NCBI GenBank assembly: GCA_963702895.1
Contig: OY969767.1
Coordinates: forward strand, 672,001-736,000
Direction: 5' to 3'
DNA: 64,000 nucleotides
DNA from: an uncultured Elusimicrobia bacterium
GTDB taxonomy: Bacteria; Elusimicrobiota; Elusimicrobia; 2-01-FULL-59-12
Part shown: positions 18,956-28,587 of the stretch, piece after piece
How the letters are laid out: every line of letters starts with the position of its first letter
How positions within the stretch are numbered: position 1 is the stretch's first letter
Made by a program: the position numbers and the translations under genes
The notes under the pieces: generated by a model
Seen by the model: the letters and a program-made list of their open reading frames with translations, nothing else
What the model was told of the DNA's origin: nothing
Databases searched by the model: none

Positions 18956-21224
18956 GAAAAAGGCTGTTCCGAAGCGGGAGTCGCCAGCCCCCAAGCGGAA
19001 GGGCGGGCGTTCGCTCGTCATTGTGGAGTCCCCCACGAAGCAGAAGACGATCGCGAAGTTCCTGGGCAGCGGCTACACCATTATGGCGACACTCGGCCAC
19101 ATTCGCGATCTGCCGTCACGCTCCATCGGCATCGATGAAGCCCATGATTTTGAGCCTCAATATGTGATCCTTCCCAAAGCCAAAAAGGTGATCCCTGGTC
19201 TTAAAGACGCCATCAAAGGAGTGGAACAGGTGTTTCTGGCGACCGACTTCGACCGTGAAGGCGAGGCCATCGCTTGGCACGTCTCCGAGGTGCTCAAGAT
19301 CCCCCGCGACCGGATGTCGCGTATCACGTTCCATGAAATCACTCAGTCGGCTATCCAGGATTCGCTCGCCCATCCGCGCGAGGTGGATATGACGCTCGTG
19401 CAATCCCAGCAGGCGCGCCGGGTCCTCGACAGGATCGTGGGATACAAACTGTCTCCTCTTTTATGGGAAAAGGTGCGCAAGGGGCTTTCCGCCGGTCGCG
19501 TGCAGTCGGTGGCCTTGAGGCTCCTGGTCGAACGAGAGCGCGAGATCAATGCTTTTAAGTCGCAGGATTACTGGAGTATCGAGGCCCATCTCAAGAAAGG
19601 GACCGGCCATCCTTTTCTCGCGAGCCTGGTCGAGATCCATCACGAAAAAATTGAGAGGACCTCCGTTTCGAAGCTTTTCGCGGATGATTACCGAGTCACC
19701 ACGACGACCCTGGCGGAAGAAAAACACGTGAAGACCCTTGTCGACCGATTGAAGACGGCGGCCTACAAGGTCCAGAAAATCATTCGCAAGGAAGCCCGAC
19801 GCGCTCCCGCGCCGCCTTTCATGACGGCGACGCTCCAACAGGACGCTTCGCGGCGTGTTGGATTCTCCGCGGTCAAAACCATGGTGATCGCGCAGCAACT
19901 CTACGAAGGCGTTGATCTTGGCAAAGAGGGGTTTACCGGTCTTATTACCTACATGCGAACGGACTCCATGAACGTCGCGGCCACGGCTCAGGAAGAAGCA
20001 AAAAAGTTTATTAAGGCTCATTACGGCGAAAACTTCCTGCCCGCGCAGGTGAGGGTTTATAAAACGAAAGCCAAAAGCGCGCAGGAAGCTCACGAAGCCA
20101 TCCGGCCCACCTCCGTCACACGGACGCCGGAGCTGGTGAAGCAGTTTCTTTCCAGCGATCAGTTCAAGCTCTATGAGATCATCTGGCGCCGCTTTGTCGC
20201 CAGCCAAATGGCGGATGCCGTTTTTGATACGGTGAGCATTGAAATTGACGCGAAAGTTCAAGGGGATCCTAAGTCTTACCTCTTCCGGGCCAGCGGCCGC
20301 ACCGTGAAGGCCTCAGGCTACTTGAAGGTGTATGAAGACCCCGAAGAGAAAGAAGCCGCCGCCCAAGACCAAGGGCAAAAGCTTCCGGCCCTTCATGAGC
20401 AGGACGCGCTGGATCTGGTCGAGCTCTTGCCCCATGCTCACAAAACAGAGCCGCCGCCCCGGTTCAACGAGGCGAGCCTCATCAAGATGCTCGAGCGGCA
20501 TGGCATTGGACGTCCGTCGACGTACGCCCCGATTCTGCAAACGATCATTGGAAGAGGGTATGTGCGCGACGAGAACCGCCGTTTGCATCCCAGCGATTTG
20601 GGCATCCATGTGACCGAACTGCTCATCGGTCATTTCCCGGAAATTGTGGACTTAAGCTTCACGGCGAAAGTGGAAGACCATCTGGACAACATCGCGCAGG
20701 GCTCAAGCGCATGGGCGAGCGTCATCAAGGAATTCTACACGCCGTTCATGAAGGACCTGGAAAATGCGAAAAACAATATCGTCACAAAACCCTATGAACC
20801 CAAGGAATCCGGTGAGATGTGTTCGAAATGCGGCGCGCCGATGCTCATCCGCGAGAGCCGGTTCGGGAGATACCTGAGCTGCAAGAGCTATCCGGCTTGT
20901 AAGAACAAGGTTTCACTCGATTCCAATGGCAAGAAGATTGTGCCGGAAGTGGTCGACAAAAATTGCGACACCTGCGGCAAGCACTTGGTCAAACGCTTTG
21001 GGCGTCGCGGACCGTTTTTGGCCTGCTCCGGTTACCCGGAGTGCAAGACCACCTACTCCGTCGACAAAGAGGGCCATGTGACCCTGCGTCCTCCTCCTCA
21101 GATGACGGACAAGAAATGTGAAAAGTGCGGCAAGCCGATGCTCCTGCGTGTGGGCAAGCGCGGTCCTTTTCTCACCTGTTCGGGCTTCCCGCGCTGCCGC
21201 AACTTAAAAAAGGCAACCGCCTAA
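18939..21224 (+). CDS. topA: DNA topoisomerase I with C-terminal zinc ribbons
   Basis: 'LVIVESPTK', 'ATDFDREGEAIAWH', 'SAGRVQS', 'ITYMRTDS', 'GIGRPSTYA'. Confidence 0.98.
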   Translation: MLRTTKKKAVPKRESPAPKRKGGRSLVIVESPTKQKTIAKFLGSGYTIMATLGHIRDLPSRSIGIDEAHDFEPQYVILPKAKKVIPGLKDAIKGVEQVFLATDFDREGEAIAWHVSEVLKIPRDRMSRITFHEITQSAIQDSLAHPREVDMTLVQSQQARRVLDRIVGYKLSPLLWEKVRKGLSAGRVQSVALRLLVEREREINAFKSQDYWSIEAHLKKGTGHPFLASLVEIHHEKIERTSVSKLFADDYRVTTTTLAEEKHVKTLVDRLKTAAYKVQKIIRKEARRAPAPPFMTATLQQDASRRVGFSAVKTMVIAQQLYEGVDLGKEGFTGLITYMRTDSMNVAATAQEEAKKFIKAHYGENFLPAQVRVYKTKAKSAQEAHEAIRPTSVTRTPELVKQFLSSDQFKLYEIIWRRFVASQMADAVFDTVSIEIDAKVQGDPKSYLFRASGRTVKASGYLKVYEDPEEKEAAAQDQGQKLPALHEQDALDLVELLPHAHKTEPPPRFNEASLIKMLERHGIGRPSTYAPILQTIIGRGYVRDENRRLHPSDLGIHVTELLIGHFPEIVDLSFTAKVEDHLDNIAQGSSAWASVIKEFYTPFMKDLENAKNNIVTKPYEPKESGEMCSKCGAPMLIRESRFGRYLSCKSYPACKNKVSLDSNGKKIVPEVVDKNCDTCGKHLVKRFGRRGPFLACSGYPECKTTYSVDKEGHVTLRPPPQMTDKKCEKCGKPMLLRVGKRGPFLTCSGFPRCRNLKKATA

Positions 21225-21232
21225 TCTTGTGC

Positions 21233-21316
21233 GTCATCCCCCCCGGTCGTAAGGGGGGGATCCATCGTTTCTTCTCAGTACATGATGGACCCCGGCTGAA
21301 GGCATGCCGGGGTGAC
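21233..21316. repeat. REP-like palindrome, family A
   Basis: GTCATCCCCCC..GGGGGGATCCATC...GATGGACCCCGG..CCGGGGTGAC. Confidence 0.85.
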
Positions 21317-21364
21317 GGCATAATTTCCTGTAAGGTATTTCCCTGATATTCCATAATAGTCCCC

Positions 21365-22249
21365 TTGGACCAACTGATTCATCGATTCCTCATGTATTTA
21401 CGGGCGGAACGTAACGCCTCTCCTCACACCCTTCGCGCCTATCAGCATGACCTGGCGGCCTACAGCGCGTTCGTGAAGAGCCAATATCCGCGCCTGTCCA
21501 TGGACCACAAGCATCGGCTCGTGGTGCGTGATTATTTGGCCCACCTGCACGATAAAAATCTCAAGCGCGCGACCGTTCACAGGGCCATTGCCGTTCTCCG
21601 GGCTTTCTACAAGTTTCTGCTGCAGGAAGGGGTGAGCTCCCAAACTCCCTTCGCGGGTCTTCCGATGCCAAAGCGCGAACAGCGGCTGCCACGCTTTTTG
21701 GCCGAGGCCGAAATGGCCCGGCTTCTTGAGATGCCGGCCGTTGGCCGGGGGCTTCTTGCGATGCGTGACGCCGCGCTGCTTGAGTTATTGTATTCTTCGG
21801 GTTTGAGGATCCAGGAACTCGCTGGGCTCAACATCGAAGATCTTGACCTCTGGGGCGGGATGGTCCGCGTCTTTGGAAAGGGGGGGAGGGAAAGGATGGT
21901 CCCGGTTGGAGAAACCGCGCAGAAGCGCCTGCATGCCTATATCAGCGCGCGCGCCCCGAAGCGGGAACGTGCCGCGCCGCTTTTCACCAACGCGCGCGGG
22001 GGGAGGCTCTCGGACCGGGGCGCGCGACTGGTCGTCACCCGCTGGGTTGAAAAGGCCTCGATCCAGCAGCGCGTGAGCCCCCATTCTTTTCGCCACTCCT
22101 TTGCCACACACCTCTTGAACAGGGGATGTGACCTGAAGGCGGTTCAGGACATGCTGGGACACAGGAATCTGGCCACCACCCAGATTTATACCCATGTGTC
22201 CGCGGAACACCTCAAAAAAGTGTACGAAAGGGCCCATCCCAGAGCTTGA
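21365..22249 (+). CDS. xerC: Tyrosine recombinase XerC
   Basis: 'RDAALLELLYSSGLRI', 'GKGGRER', 'SPHSFRHSFATHLL', 'MLGH..LATTQIYTHV'; conserved position after topA. Confidence 0.88.
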   Translation: MDQLIHRFLMYLRAERNASPHTLRAYQHDLAAYSAFVKSQYPRLSMDHKHRLVVRDYLAHLHDKNLKRATVHRAIAVLRAFYKFLLQEGVSSQTPFAGLPMPKREQRLPRFLAEAEMARLLEMPAVGRGLLAMRDAALLELLYSSGLRIQELAGLNIEDLDLWGGMVRVFGKGGRERMVPVGETAQKRLHAYISARAPKRERAAPLFTNARGGRLSDRGARLVVTRWVEKASIQQRVSPHSFRHSFATHLLNRGCDLKAVQDMLGHRNLATTQIYTHVSAEHLKKVYERAHPRA

Positions 22250-22269
22250 TGAGCGCAGGTCTCGGCACT

Positions 22270-22383
22270 CCCCTTCTCCCGGCGCAGGCGACGGGAGAAG
22301 GTTGGGATGAGGGCACGGCCTTGCCCTCACCCAGTCGCCAGACATCTGGCGACCGCCCTCTCCCACCCATGGCGGGAGAGGGT
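22270..22383. repeat. Palindrome family B
   Basis: Core GATGAGGGCACG..TTGCCCTCACCC.GTCGCCAGAC.TCTGGCGACCGCCCTCTCCCA is nearly identical to 37571-37630. Confidence 0.85.
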
Positions 22384-22488
22384 TTTCAAGCGCGAAAAAC
22401 GCCCGATTTAACAGAAGTAACGAAATGCTAAAAAGCATTGACAATACAATCCGTCGCCGCTAGACTTGCTCTAGCCAAGGGGGGCATT

Positions 22489-23181
22489 ATGAAAACACGC
22501 ATACTATTGGTCGAAGACGATCCAGCGCTCCGAAAACTCCTCAAGGAAGCCCTTCCGGAGAGCATTTTTATTATTGATATCGCGGAAACGGGCCGGGAAG
22601 GCCTGGACATGATCGTCAAACGTAAACCCGATCTCATTCTCCTCGACTGGAACCTTCCCGACTTGAACGGATTCGAGGTCTGCAAGTACATCAAGCAAAA
22701 CAAGGACTGCGCGCACATTCCCATCATCATGGTGACGGCCTATTCGGAGCTCAATCGCAAGGTGTCGGCGCTCGATGTCGGGGCAGACGACTATATCACC
22801 AAGCCGTTTGAGATCGAGGAGCTCATCGCCCGCGTCAAAGCGGTTCTGCGCCGCCGGCAGGGCGGCGCGCCCGAGGAAGCCATTACGAAAGAAAATGTGA
22901 TGATCAACCTCACGACCTATACGGTGGAGGTCGACAAGAAGCCGGTCATCCTCACGGCCAAAGAATTTGACCTTCTGTATGTGCTCATGAAAAACGCGGG
23001 GAGGATCCTCACCCGGGAATTTCTCCTCGAGCGCATCTGGGGCTACGCGGTGGACGTGTCCACGCGTACCGTCGACGTCCATATCCGGCGCCTGCGCAAG
23101 AAGTTGGGGACCAAACATGAGGACCTGATTCAAACCTATCGCGGTGTCGGGTATAAGTTCAAGGATGATGCTCGACGGTAG
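22489..23181 (+). CDS. OmpR/PhoB-family response regulator (REC + winged HTH)
   Basis: 'LLVEDD', 'LLDWNLP', 'GADDYITKPF', 'TRTVDVHIRRLRKKL', 'RGVGYKF'. Confidence 0.95.
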   Translation: MKTRILLVEDDPALRKLLKEALPESIFIIDIAETGREGLDMIVKRKPDLILLDWNLPDLNGFEVCKYIKQNKDCAHIPIIMVTAYSELNRKVSALDVGADDYITKPFEIEELIARVKAVLRRRQGGAPEEAITKENVMINLTTYTVEVDKKPVILTAKEFDLLYVLMKNAGRILTREFLLERIWGYAVDVSTRTVDVHIRRLRKKLGTKHEDLIQTYRGVGYKFKDDARR

Positions 23182-23192
23182 GCCATGATCCG

Positions 23193-24131
23193 ATGGAGCG
23201 ATCGCCTCATGCCGTTATCCTGGTCGCCGATGATGAAGAGGCCGTCGCGACCCTCCTCAAAGATGCTCTGGAAAGCCTCCACTATGAAGTGCGCGTCGCC
23301 TATAACGGTGAAGAGGCCATGCGACAGATCCGGTCCAGCCCGCCTGACCTTCTCCTCCTCGATATTATGATGCCTGGAATGAGCGGCTACGATGTTTGCA
23401 GACAGGTGAAATCCGATGTGTTCTTGCGCCATATCCCGGTGATGCTTCTGACCGCCAAGGTGGGCACGAGCAGCAAAGTCACCGGCCTTGAGCAGGGCGC
23501 CGATGACTATCTGACCAAGCCCTTCGAGATGGCCGAGCTCTTGGCCCGGATCCGAACGCTTCTGCGCCGGACACGCCTGGGGCTTGAGGCGAACCCCCTC
23601 TCGCGCCTGCCCGGCAATGTGACCATCGAAAATGAGATCGTCAAGCGCATTGAGAGCCAAACGCCCTTTGCCGTCCTCTACATCGATTTAAACGATTTTA
23701 AGGCCTACAACGACATCTACGGCTTCGTGAAGGGGGATGAGGTGATCCGCGCGACCTCCAGGATCGTGCTCACCCAGTCCCTTTCGGCAGAGGGCTTTGT
23801 GGGCCATATCGGAGGGGATGATTTCATCGTGGTCGCGCGACCAGACCAGGCCGAAAGCCTGGCCAAGGGCATGATCAAGGCCTTTGACGCGAAGTCCCCG
23901 GATTTCTACACCCCTGAAGACCGCGCAAGAGGCTATATTGAGACCAAAGACCGCCGGGGCGAGTTGACGCGTTTCCCGCTCTTGTCGATCGCCATCGGCG
24001 TGGCCACGACCCAGGTCCGCCCCTTAACCTCCCTGGGTGAGGTCTCCAAGATCGGCACGGAACTGAAGCGTTTCGCGAAAGAGCGCAAACACCATGGATC
24101 GTTTTATGCGATTGATCGAAGAAAAATATAA
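23193..24131 (+). CDS. Response regulator with GGDEF-type domain (GGDDF variant)
   Basis: REC domain followed by 'ANPLSRLPGN', 'DLNDFKAYNDIYGF..GD', 'HIGGDDF'. Confidence 0.92.
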   Translation: MERSPHAVILVADDEEAVATLLKDALESLHYEVRVAYNGEEAMRQIRSSPPDLLLLDIMMPGMSGYDVCRQVKSDVFLRHIPVMLLTAKVGTSSKVTGLEQGADDYLTKPFEMAELLARIRTLLRRTRLGLEANPLSRLPGNVTIENEIVKRIESQTPFAVLYIDLNDFKAYNDIYGFVKGDEVIRATSRIVLTQSLSAEGFVGHIGGDDFIVVARPDQAESLAKGMIKAFDAKSPDFYTPEDRARGYIETKDRRGELTRFPLLSIAIGVATTQVRPLTSLGEVSKIGTELKRFAKERKHHGSFYAIDRRKI

Positions 24132-24143
24132 ACGCTTAGAGTT

Positions 24144-24322
24144 GTCATCCCGGCGTGTTGTAAGCCGGCCCTCCACACATCCGGCGGGCCGGGTCGCCGG
24201 GCGTGTGGAGACCCGGGATCCATCATGTATTTTGACGTCGATGATGGACCCCGTCCGCCACACGGCAGGGCGGACGGCCCGCCGGATGTGTGGAGGGCCG
24301 GATTACGGATCTCCGGGGTGAC
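24144..24322. repeat. REP-like palindrome, family A (expanded composite copy)
   Basis: GTCATCCCGG...CCGGGGTGAC with internal CCGGCCCTCCACACATCCGGCGGGCC and its reverse complement. Confidence 0.85.
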
Positions 24323-24331
24323 GTCCTTTTT

Positions 24332-25018
24332 ATGAAATATAAGATTCTTGTCGTCGAAGATAGTAAGACTGACGCGGAAGCCCTGGCCACGGCCTGTCAA
24401 CTGGGTGGGTTTCAGACGTCCCTGGCGGATTCGGGAGAAAAGGCCCTGGAAATGGTCTGGACCTGGAAGCCGGACATGCTCCTCTTGGACCTATCCCTTC
24501 CCGGGATTAATGGCAAGGAAGTTTGCCGTATTCTTCGCGAGGATGACCGGGGGAAAGCCATCCCGCTCATCATGGTCTCCGTCGCCAAGGAACGGGGAGA
24601 TATCCTCGCGGGTTTTGCGGCCGGCACGGATGACTATCTGACCAAGCCCGTCGAGCCCCAAGAGCTCGTCGCCCGCATGAACGCGGTCCTGCGCCGCTAC
24701 CACAAGAAGAATGGCGAAGGAGAGATCCTCAAAGTCGGCAAGGTGATGCTCGACCTCTCCAAGCACCGCGTGGAGGTGGGAGGGGAGCTCGTGAAGCTCA
24801 CCGGCAAGGAATTCGGGCTTCTCGAAGTCATGATGAAAAAGTCCGGCCGCGTGCTCTCCCGACAATTTCTGCTGGAATACGTTTGGGGTTATGAAGAAGA
24901 AGTGCTCACCCGCACCATCGACATGCACATCGCCCGGCTTCGCCAGAAGCTCGGTGACGAAGGCCGGGAGCGCATCCAGACGGTGGAACGCTTCGGCTAC
25001 CGCTTCTCCGACGAATAA
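24332..25018 (+). CDS. OmpR/PhoB-family response regulator
   Basis: 'ILVVED', 'LLLDLSLP', 'DDYLTKP', 'TRTIDMHIARLRQKL', 'GYRF'. Confidence 0.94.
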   Translation: MKYKILVVEDSKTDAEALATACQLGGFQTSLADSGEKALEMVWTWKPDMLLLDLSLPGINGKEVCRILREDDRGKAIPLIMVSVAKERGDILAGFAAGTDDYLTKPVEPQELVARMNAVLRRYHKKNGEGEILKVGKVMLDLSKHRVEVGGELVKLTGKEFGLLEVMMKKSGRVLSRQFLLEYVWGYEEEVLTRTIDMHIARLRQKLGDEGRERIQTVERFGYRFSDE

Positions 25019-25056
25019 TCTCCAAAGCACACATGCCTTCTCTCGCGGACTTCTTT

Positions 25057-25729
25057 GCGGAAGGGAGGCTGGTTTCATCCGTGCGCGAGGAGATTCCTGG
25101 CGCCGTCTCGGTTGGGCGTACCCCCCATCCCCCGTCTCCGACGGGGAGTGAGGACGCCCAACCTTCGACGGCCTGCCGAATCTCACGCGCATCTCCAGAA
25201 ACCAGCCTCCCTTCCGCAGGCATTGAAGTGACCGTTTCCGTTGGGATACTCAGCGCTAACCGGAACCTTTCTGTTCAAGTCCCCGCCATTGCTCCATTGG
25301 CGGGTGCGTCTTATAGGCCGGTCGTCGCATGCTTTTGCTGTTCAAAGAGGAAATTGGGGCCGGCAAGCCGTCGGACACTCCTTATCACAAATGCTGCAAT
25401 CATTGAAAAGACTTGATGTGCAGATGACCCAGACCTCCATTGAGGCATGTGCTGAACCGAAGAGCTTGGTCAGATGAGCATGCTCGCTCTTCACGCACAT
25501 GTTGATCGATGTGTCGTCAACCCATGTCGTAGGAAATGCTTCAAACAAGAGCTGTTTCTTGCACAACAGCTATGGAAAGCTGGCCCTGGTCTCCAGAGTC
25601 GTGCGTGGGATTGGACAAGCCGTCGAAGGTTGGGCGTCCTCACTCCCCGTCGGAGACGGGGGATGGGGGGTACGCCCAACCGAGACGGCGGCAACAATCC
25701 CCTCGCACGACTCTGGAGACCAGGGCCAG
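25057..25729. repeat. Two hairpins carrying a perfect 72-bp inverted repeat (25101-25172 / 25619-25690)
   Basis: Exact reverse complements; outer stems 25057-25076/25198-25217 and 25580-25605/25704-25729. Confidence 0.85.
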
Positions 25730-25750
25730 ATCCCGTCGATCTTTCCGATC

Positions 25751-25816
25751 TGTAACCTTCCTTTTACAATCTTTTTACACCGCCGTAACACCCATGTGAC
25801 AGCATACCGCTATACT
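25751..25816 (+). promoter_or_regulatory. Five 11-bp-periodic GTAAC/TTTAC boxes plus -10 TATACT
   Basis: Boxes end at 25756, 25767, 25778, 25789, 25800; TATACT at 25811. Confidence 0.7.
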
Positions 25817-25836
25817 CTTCTCAGGAGGACAACCTT

Positions 25837-26223
25837 ATGGAACGCCGACTCTTAATGATTGACGACGACATCGCGCTGGGCAAGCTCGTGCAGGAGTTCT
25901 TGACCGGCGAAGGCTGGAGCTGCTATTGGGTCGATAACGGCGAAGAAGGCTATCAAGAAGCCCTGGCGCTTAAGCCCGATGTGATCCTCCTCGATCTGAA
26001 TTTGCCGGGCGTCGGCGGCATGGAGCTTTGTCACCGGATGAAGGGCGACCCACGCCTTTCGCATATTCCGATTGTGATTTTAACAGGGGCCTACAAGGAA
26101 GTGCGCGACCGGGTGAGGGGCCTCGAGCGCGGCGCGGACGACTATATCCTAAAGCCGTTTGATTTGGACATTCTTCTGGCGCGGCTCAACAGCATCTCGC
26201 GGGTCAAAGGCAAAGTCGCCTAG
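25837..26223 (+). CDS. Single-domain response regulator (REC only)
   Basis: 'LLMIDDD', 'ILLDLNLP', 'GADDYILKPF'; SD AGGAGG. Confidence 0.93.
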   Translation: MERRLLMIDDDIALGKLVQEFLTGEGWSCYWVDNGEEGYQEALALKPDVILLDLNLPGVGGMELCHRMKGDPRLSHIPIVILTGAYKEVRDRVRGLERGADDYILKPFDLDILLARLNSISRVKGKVA

Positions 26224-26226
26224 CAC

Positions 26227-26318
26227 GTCATTCCGGCGAAAGACGGAATCCAGAACTGGACCCCGACTTTCGTCGGGGTGACCAAATAAAAAGGGACAGT
26301 CCTAAGGACTGTCCCCTT
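26227..26318. terminator. Family-A palindrome plus hairpin AAGGGACAGTCC-TAA-GGACTGTCCCCTT between convergent genes (probable bidirectional terminator)
   Basis: Strong stem with A-rich and T-rich flanks. Confidence 0.6.
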
Positions 26319-26364
26319 CTGTTTCTTCGTCTAAAAAATAGGCCTTGGTGAACGGCTGCGCTGA

Positions 26365-28587
26365 CTACCGCCGAGGCTCCTGATCACCATACTGCGCGCC
26401 AGCCCCTCGACGTGCCGCCGCCGCGGCCCCACGAGCGCTCGTGCTTCCCCCTGCGGCGGTGTTCGCCATCGCGTTCTGTCGAGCGAGGGCTTCGTTGGCT
26501 TCATCGGTCGGCACGACGGCGCCATTTGCGTTTTTCTTGAACATCTTGACGCGGCCTTCCCCTGGCGCCACCCTTCTTAGCATATAGCCGTCATAATCGA
26601 CGGTTTCCATGTTGACATGGTATCGAGCGGCTTCACCAGGTGCCGTAATATCTTTAGAGACCCAGGTGACTTTCATGCCCGAGACGCCATCGTTTCCAGA
26701 TTCTTGGTAAAAGGTTTTGCCCATGAGACCCTCAGGGTTGGATGGCAGGCGACGGGACGGGTCAATCGCGGCTTGGAAAGAGTCTCGTGCGCCTGGCAGT
26801 TGCGTGACGGTTATGGGAATGGACTGGCTCACGGGACCAGTGACAGACAGGTCAATGCCGAGCCCCATGAGGGCCGCCCCCGCGACGATTGGAATGGCAT
26901 TCTTGCCAAGAGCTGTATACCACGGCCCGGTGTTGGGCATCTTCGTGACATCGCCCTTGGTGGCATCTTCTGGATTGTCTTTTTTCCTGTTCAGCCATCC
27001 AGCGATTAAGCTGACAAGAACAATCGCAGCTAAAGCTATCCATCCTAAAACGGGTATTCCTCCGAAAACCATGGCCATACTGCCGATCATGCTGAGGGCC
27101 GACATGGCGAGAGAGGCGAACCCGCTCCACGAGAAGCCATTCTGTCCCATGGCAAACCCCGAAGCAAATGTGCCTATGGCACTCGCAACAATCCCGATGA
27201 CACCGAGCGTTTTGCCGAGTGTTGTCAGGGAGCTCCAACCTTTTGCCGCAGCATCTGCCACATGGGTTAAAGAATTCGGAAGCATGTTCAAGGCAGCGGT
27301 ACTGGCTGCACCTATCGCGCCAGCAATGGCGCCTATCTTGCCCATTGTGCTGCCAGTTACCCCACTGGTATCGTTATCGCTGTCGTCCTGATCGTTGATA
27401 TCGTCTACGTCCGTATCGTCTGTCGTATCAGTGGTCGTGTCATCCGTCGTGTCATCCGCAGTGTTGTCATCCGTCGTGTCATCTCCGTCGTCCGGCACCG
27501 GTGGTGTGTTTCCAATCGGTGTGTTGGGGTCGGTGAGATCAGGCGGTTTATTTTCAATCACTGTGTTGGGGTCGTCTATTGACGTGTTGGGGTCAGCAAT
27601 ATTTTGGATGGGATTGACGGAGTCGTCATCCGAAACGGTGGGCGAAGGGGGGCGGGCGCCGCCATCGGCCAGCGTGGCCGTGGCAAATTGCCGGCCCGTG
27701 GCTGTGCCTGAAAAGGAGTTGTTGGTGGCGGTACCAGCACTTGTTGTGTTGGTGCTCCCCGAACCCTGGCCCCCCGTTGTAGACCCCGTACCGTTGGTCA
27801 CGTTGCTCCCCGAACTCTGGCCCCCCGTTGTAGACCCCGTACCATGGACCAGATCTAGGTTTTCAACAGGCAGGTTGAGGAAGCCAGGCCCATCGATTTT
27901 TCCTACCACTTTCGTGCCGTTGTAGATGGTGTAGGTTTTAAAGTCGATGCTATAGCCCTGCGGGAGAGACAGCACGTTCCCCTGGGTATCACGGATCACG
28001 ATGCCGCTTCCGTCGCGCGTGATGGCCAAGTCGATGGGTTGATCCTCCCCTACCAGCTTCAATTGGGCGTTGGGCTTCAGAATGCTCGAGGGGTCCTTCG
28101 GGATTCCGGCAGATTCGGCCGGCAGGCGGAAGAAGCCGGGGCCCTGGATCTGCCCGGCGACTTTGTTGTTGAAGTAAATCGTGTTCGTTTGTAAGTCGAC
28201 GGTGTAGCCGCTCGGCAGGGAAAGGGGCTGACCCTGGGCATCGCGGACGACGATGCCGCTTCCTTCGCGCGTGATGGCAACATCCTTCGTACTCCCCAGA
28301 AGCGTGAGCTTGGCGTTAGTTCCCAATAAGGGGCTGTCGGGATTCAATACTTGTTCCGACGGCAGGTCCAGAAAGTTGGGGGCCTTCAGTTGCCCGGCCG
28401 GTTTTCCCAAGTAATAAAGGGTGCCGGTTTCGAAATTGATGCCGGTCCCTTCAGGCAGAGAGACGAGCTGGCCAGAGTCGTCCCGAAGGATAATGCCGCT
28501 GCCGCTCCGGGTGACGCGGACGTTGAGCTTGTCATCGAAGAGAGAAAGGTCACCGTTTGTCACGATGGTGGGGGCTGTTGTGCTCAT
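26365..28587 (-). CDS. Hypothetical membrane protein, paralog B (three ~70-aa N-terminal repeats, D/T-rich linker, hydrophobic helices, conserved C-terminal domain)
   Basis: 740-aa ORF; repeat 'TR.GSGIV.RD.QG..LSLP.GY.ID..T.TIY......G....P.FL.LP' three times. Confidence 0.85.
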   Translation of the reverse strand: MSTTAPTIVTNGDLSLFDDKLNVRVTRSGSGIILRDDSGQLVSLPEGTGINFETGTLYYLGKPAGQLKAPNFLDLPSEQVLNPDSPLLGTNAKLTLLGSTKDVAITREGSGIVVRDAQGQPLSLPSGYTVDLQTNTIYFNNKVAGQIQGPGFFRLPAESAGIPKDPSSILKPNAQLKLVGEDQPIDLAITRDGSGIVIRDTQGNVLSLPQGYSIDFKTYTIYNGTKVVGKIDGPGFLNLPVENLDLVHGTGSTTGGQSSGSNVTNGTGSTTGGQGSGSTNTTSAGTATNNSFSGTATGRQFATATLADGGARPPSPTVSDDDSVNPIQNIADPNTSIDDPNTVIENKPPDLTDPNTPIGNTPPVPDDGDDTTDDNTADDTTDDTTTDTTDDTDVDDINDQDDSDNDTSGVTGSTMGKIGAIAGAIGAASTAALNMLPNSLTHVADAAAKGWSSLTTLGKTLGVIGIVASAIGTFASGFAMGQNGFSWSGFASLAMSALSMIGSMAMVFGGIPVLGWIALAAIVLVSLIAGWLNRKKDNPEDATKGDVTKMPNTGPWYTALGKNAIPIVAGAALMGLGIDLSVTGPVSQSIPITVTQLPGARDSFQAAIDPSRRLPSNPEGLMGKTFYQESGNDGVSGMKVTWVSKDITAPGEAARYHVNMETVDYDGYMLRRVAPGEGRVKMFKKNANGAVVPTDEANEALARQNAMANTAAGGSTSARGAAAAARRGAGAQYGDQEPRR

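Noticed and set aside
21365..22249. Prophage or integron integrase
   Set aside because: It sits in the usual dprA-topA-xerC context, with no att sites, cassettes or phage genes.
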